A DNA stretch of 64,000 nt from Nemertoderma westbladi (lineage: Eukaryota > Animalia > Xenacoelomorpha), in NCBI GenBank assembly GCA_032718475.1, contig JAUCBJ010008794.1:1-64000 (forward strand), given 5' to 3'. This document shows positions 61,600 through 64,000 of the stretch, piece by piece; the first letter of the stretch is position 1, and the number at the start of each line of letters is the position of its first letter. The notes beneath the pieces were generated by a model, which saw nothing but the letters and a program-made list of their open reading frames with translations, was not told the origin of the DNA and did no database searches. The position numbers were made by a program, and so were the translations under genes.

Positions 61600-61790
61600 G
61601 CAATGTCATGAAGCTGTTTTGTTCAATAGTACAATCCGCCAGTCTGCAGTATGGCAGCCATAAGTTGATGGGACAAACAGCGCGACGTACTCTGTTGAAT
61701 TTTTGTTTTAGGTAATTGGGACATTTACCTTTATACACTTTATGCACATGGTTAAAGACGGCGTCAAGACGCCGTGAAGGAACCGAAGTT
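61600..61790 (-). pseudogene. Short LINE ORF2 3'-end remnant
   Basis: RRLDAVFNHVHKVYKGKCPNYLKQKF resembles the conserved end of CR1/L2-group ORF2. Confidence 0.5.
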
Positions 61791-62851
61791 AAACCAAACC
61801 GAAACCAATATTTTTACAGGCCATAAGCCGCAAACTTTTTTTTCCAGGATATCAACTCTCAACCAGTTTCGAATCTGAGCGCCTGGTTATGATTTGGATT
61901 TCCAATTACGAATTTAATTACCTGGTTAGAAATCTGTATTTCCGCATTACGAATCAATGTGTTTGGTTAAAAATATGAGCACCTTGTCACGAATTGATGT
62001 CCCTGGTTACAATTTGTTACAAATGGTTGGGGTTGCAAATTTGAGCACCCAGTATCAGCCAGCACTACCTATACTAATACTGTAATTTGCACATATGTTC
62101 AGCATTTATAATAAAAAATTGCACCAAGGTAGTGAACAAAGTTAGTTAGCAAACAATTGTATTATCTCATAATCTGTTCCTAATAATTATTAAAGCAGTT
62201 AGGGCACCATCTCCTGTCTACATCAAAATTATATCTGATACCAAACACAACTCATAGTATTAATGTTGCAAAAACATAATTAAACCTCCAAACTCTGATT
62301 TTAATTGAACATTGCAACTATTAGTATAGTTTATTAATAGTACCCTACAGTTAGTTAACAGTACATATATGGCGAGTTAGAACTGCGAGTCATCAGTGAA
62401 CTTACAGTAGGTGTAGGTTTCAGTGTGTGTGTCAGAAGCCAATATCAGAATATATAACCAGCCATAGTATAATTAAATAATAATATAATTAATAATACAG
62501 TTTGACTACAGTTATATAGAATGTCAAAGAAATATTCTAGAATACATAATAATAGTAGGCCTCAAACATATAAACTTCTTAAACATTTATATAACTTTTA
62601 GGAATTTTTTTATATAACTTTTGCGAATTTTTATATAACCTTTGGAAATTTAATATATAACTTTTGAGAATTTTTATACAACTTTCTTTAACGAAAATGG
62701 TGCTTACATCATCCTTTAAGTATGTATACACCACCGCTGGTCTGGGCAAGGAAATTTTTTAATGATTATTTTTAACAAGGTACTTTATATTTTATTTATC
62801 CTAGGTATTTATCATTTGTAACAAGATAAGTTACTATAGGCCTACACTCAC

Positions 62852-63334
62852 AATTTCTGTTGAACGCGACAGTAACAGCTCCATTACTGGAAGGATCGAA
62901 GTTACGTGAAACATCATCTCTTAATTCACAATCGTATTCCCCGGCGTGTTCCTTCGTGCAGCCAGTAAACTCGTAGTCGATGTAATGTGGTCGGCCTATT
63001 TCTCCAGCAATGATTGGAGGATTCTTTGGAGGGTCTTCTGTGTGGTAGGTTCCTTTTATTATACAACCACGTACTGGATAAGGGGTGATTACTATTTCAG
63101 TTTTAATTGCGCTAAAAGCTGTAGTAGCGAGTTCCACCTTATCCGCATCCCCGGGTTTCTTTAACACGAACTTTGATATTGATTTTCCAGGGTTATTGCC
63201 AAATTTATATCCGATACAATAAATATTCCAACTCGCTGTTTCTTCTTCGCAATAATCAAATGAGGTTCCTGATACCGACGGTTTGGGACTATTGGGAAAG
63301 AACTTGGTGAATACCTCAACAGCAATAACAGGAT
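62852..63334 (-). CDS. Probable host exon encoding an Ig-like domain
   Basis: Acceptor TTATTATTCCATAG|AT and donor AATT|GTGAGT. It is 483 bp, open, with symmetrical phase 1-1. It contains IYC...EHAGEYDCEL, matching the Ig F-strand (D/H)xGxYxC motif. Confidence 0.7.
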
Positions 63335-64000
63335 CTATGGAATAATAAATAAATAACTTGATAAATAAAAAACGTATAGTATATATGTGCACATCAAAAT
63401 TCTCAAATATTAACATTACCGGTACTCAAAAATATATTATATACACTATACAGGTTGCAAGACTGGCAATCTAGCTAAGATAAGATAATAGCAGTTTAGT
63501 TAGTTAATTAAGTTGGTTAATAACTCAGCCAAATGTTAGTGAAATTTAACTAAACTTGGTACACATGTAGTCTGGCCAAAGTTTAGAAATTTTCCAAGTT
63601 AAAATTCCGCTTGGCCTTCGAGAAGATAAGATAATATCAGTTAATTAGTTAATTAAGTTGATTAGGGTAAAAACATCAATTTCAACCTGCAAGGATTAGA
63701 GATGAGATTGGGGATGAACAGAGGGTGCAGTGCAGTAGCAATAGTTTGAGGGGGAGCCAGTGGCAGCGACTGAACAGCACCTTCTGGTGCAGAGTAACAA
63801 TATAGAATGAGTCAGGATAACGGAAGTAGGCAACCATCAGGGCCCTATATTTTGACAGAGGGGTGCATGGCTGGTAGGGGAGAAAGCGGAGTAGGTTCCT
63901 ATATCCTATGTGTTGGGGTTAACGAGTTGATTTGGAAGGCCTGCCATGTAGGGTGATGCTTGGCCTGTGGAGAACAAACAGGAACCAATCACTGAGCAGG

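Noticed and set aside
62585-62690. TTTATATAACTTTT short tandem repeats
   Set aside because: Low-complexity AT-rich intronic repeat with no further structure.

Overview
AT-rich metazoan genomic DNA dominated by three distinct, decayed BEL/Pao LTR retrotransposons, all on the minus strand: E1 (~736-22502, outer LTR ends clipped), E2 (30228-44459, TSD TCTAT) and E3 (45322-59672, TSD GTATT). They share two unusual traits. (1) None has a tRNA-type (TGG...) primer-binding site. Instead the 9-11 nt directly after each 5' LTR are complementary to a segment inside the same LTR, which is the layout of Tf1-type self-primed reverse transcription. (2) Each carries an accessory ORF where env would sit. In E1 and E2 it encodes a DEDDy/WRN-like 3'-5' exonuclease followed by three CCHC zinc knuckles. 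E1 and E3 share an unrecognised N-terminal CxxC...CxxH domain. E1 also has an integrase split by a 1.18-kb hairpin-rich insert and a 17-nt motif dispersed about 10 times across different reading frames. Other content: an inverted-repeat element holding a tRNA-like Pol III head fused to a minimal hammerhead ribozyme, Chapaev-like and P-like MITEs nested in an LTR, LINE remnants, a 35-bp minisatellite, and two probable exons of a host Ig-domain, possibly GPI-anchored, gene whose putative ~36-kb intron would contain E2 and E3. All calls are by eye; no database searches were run.
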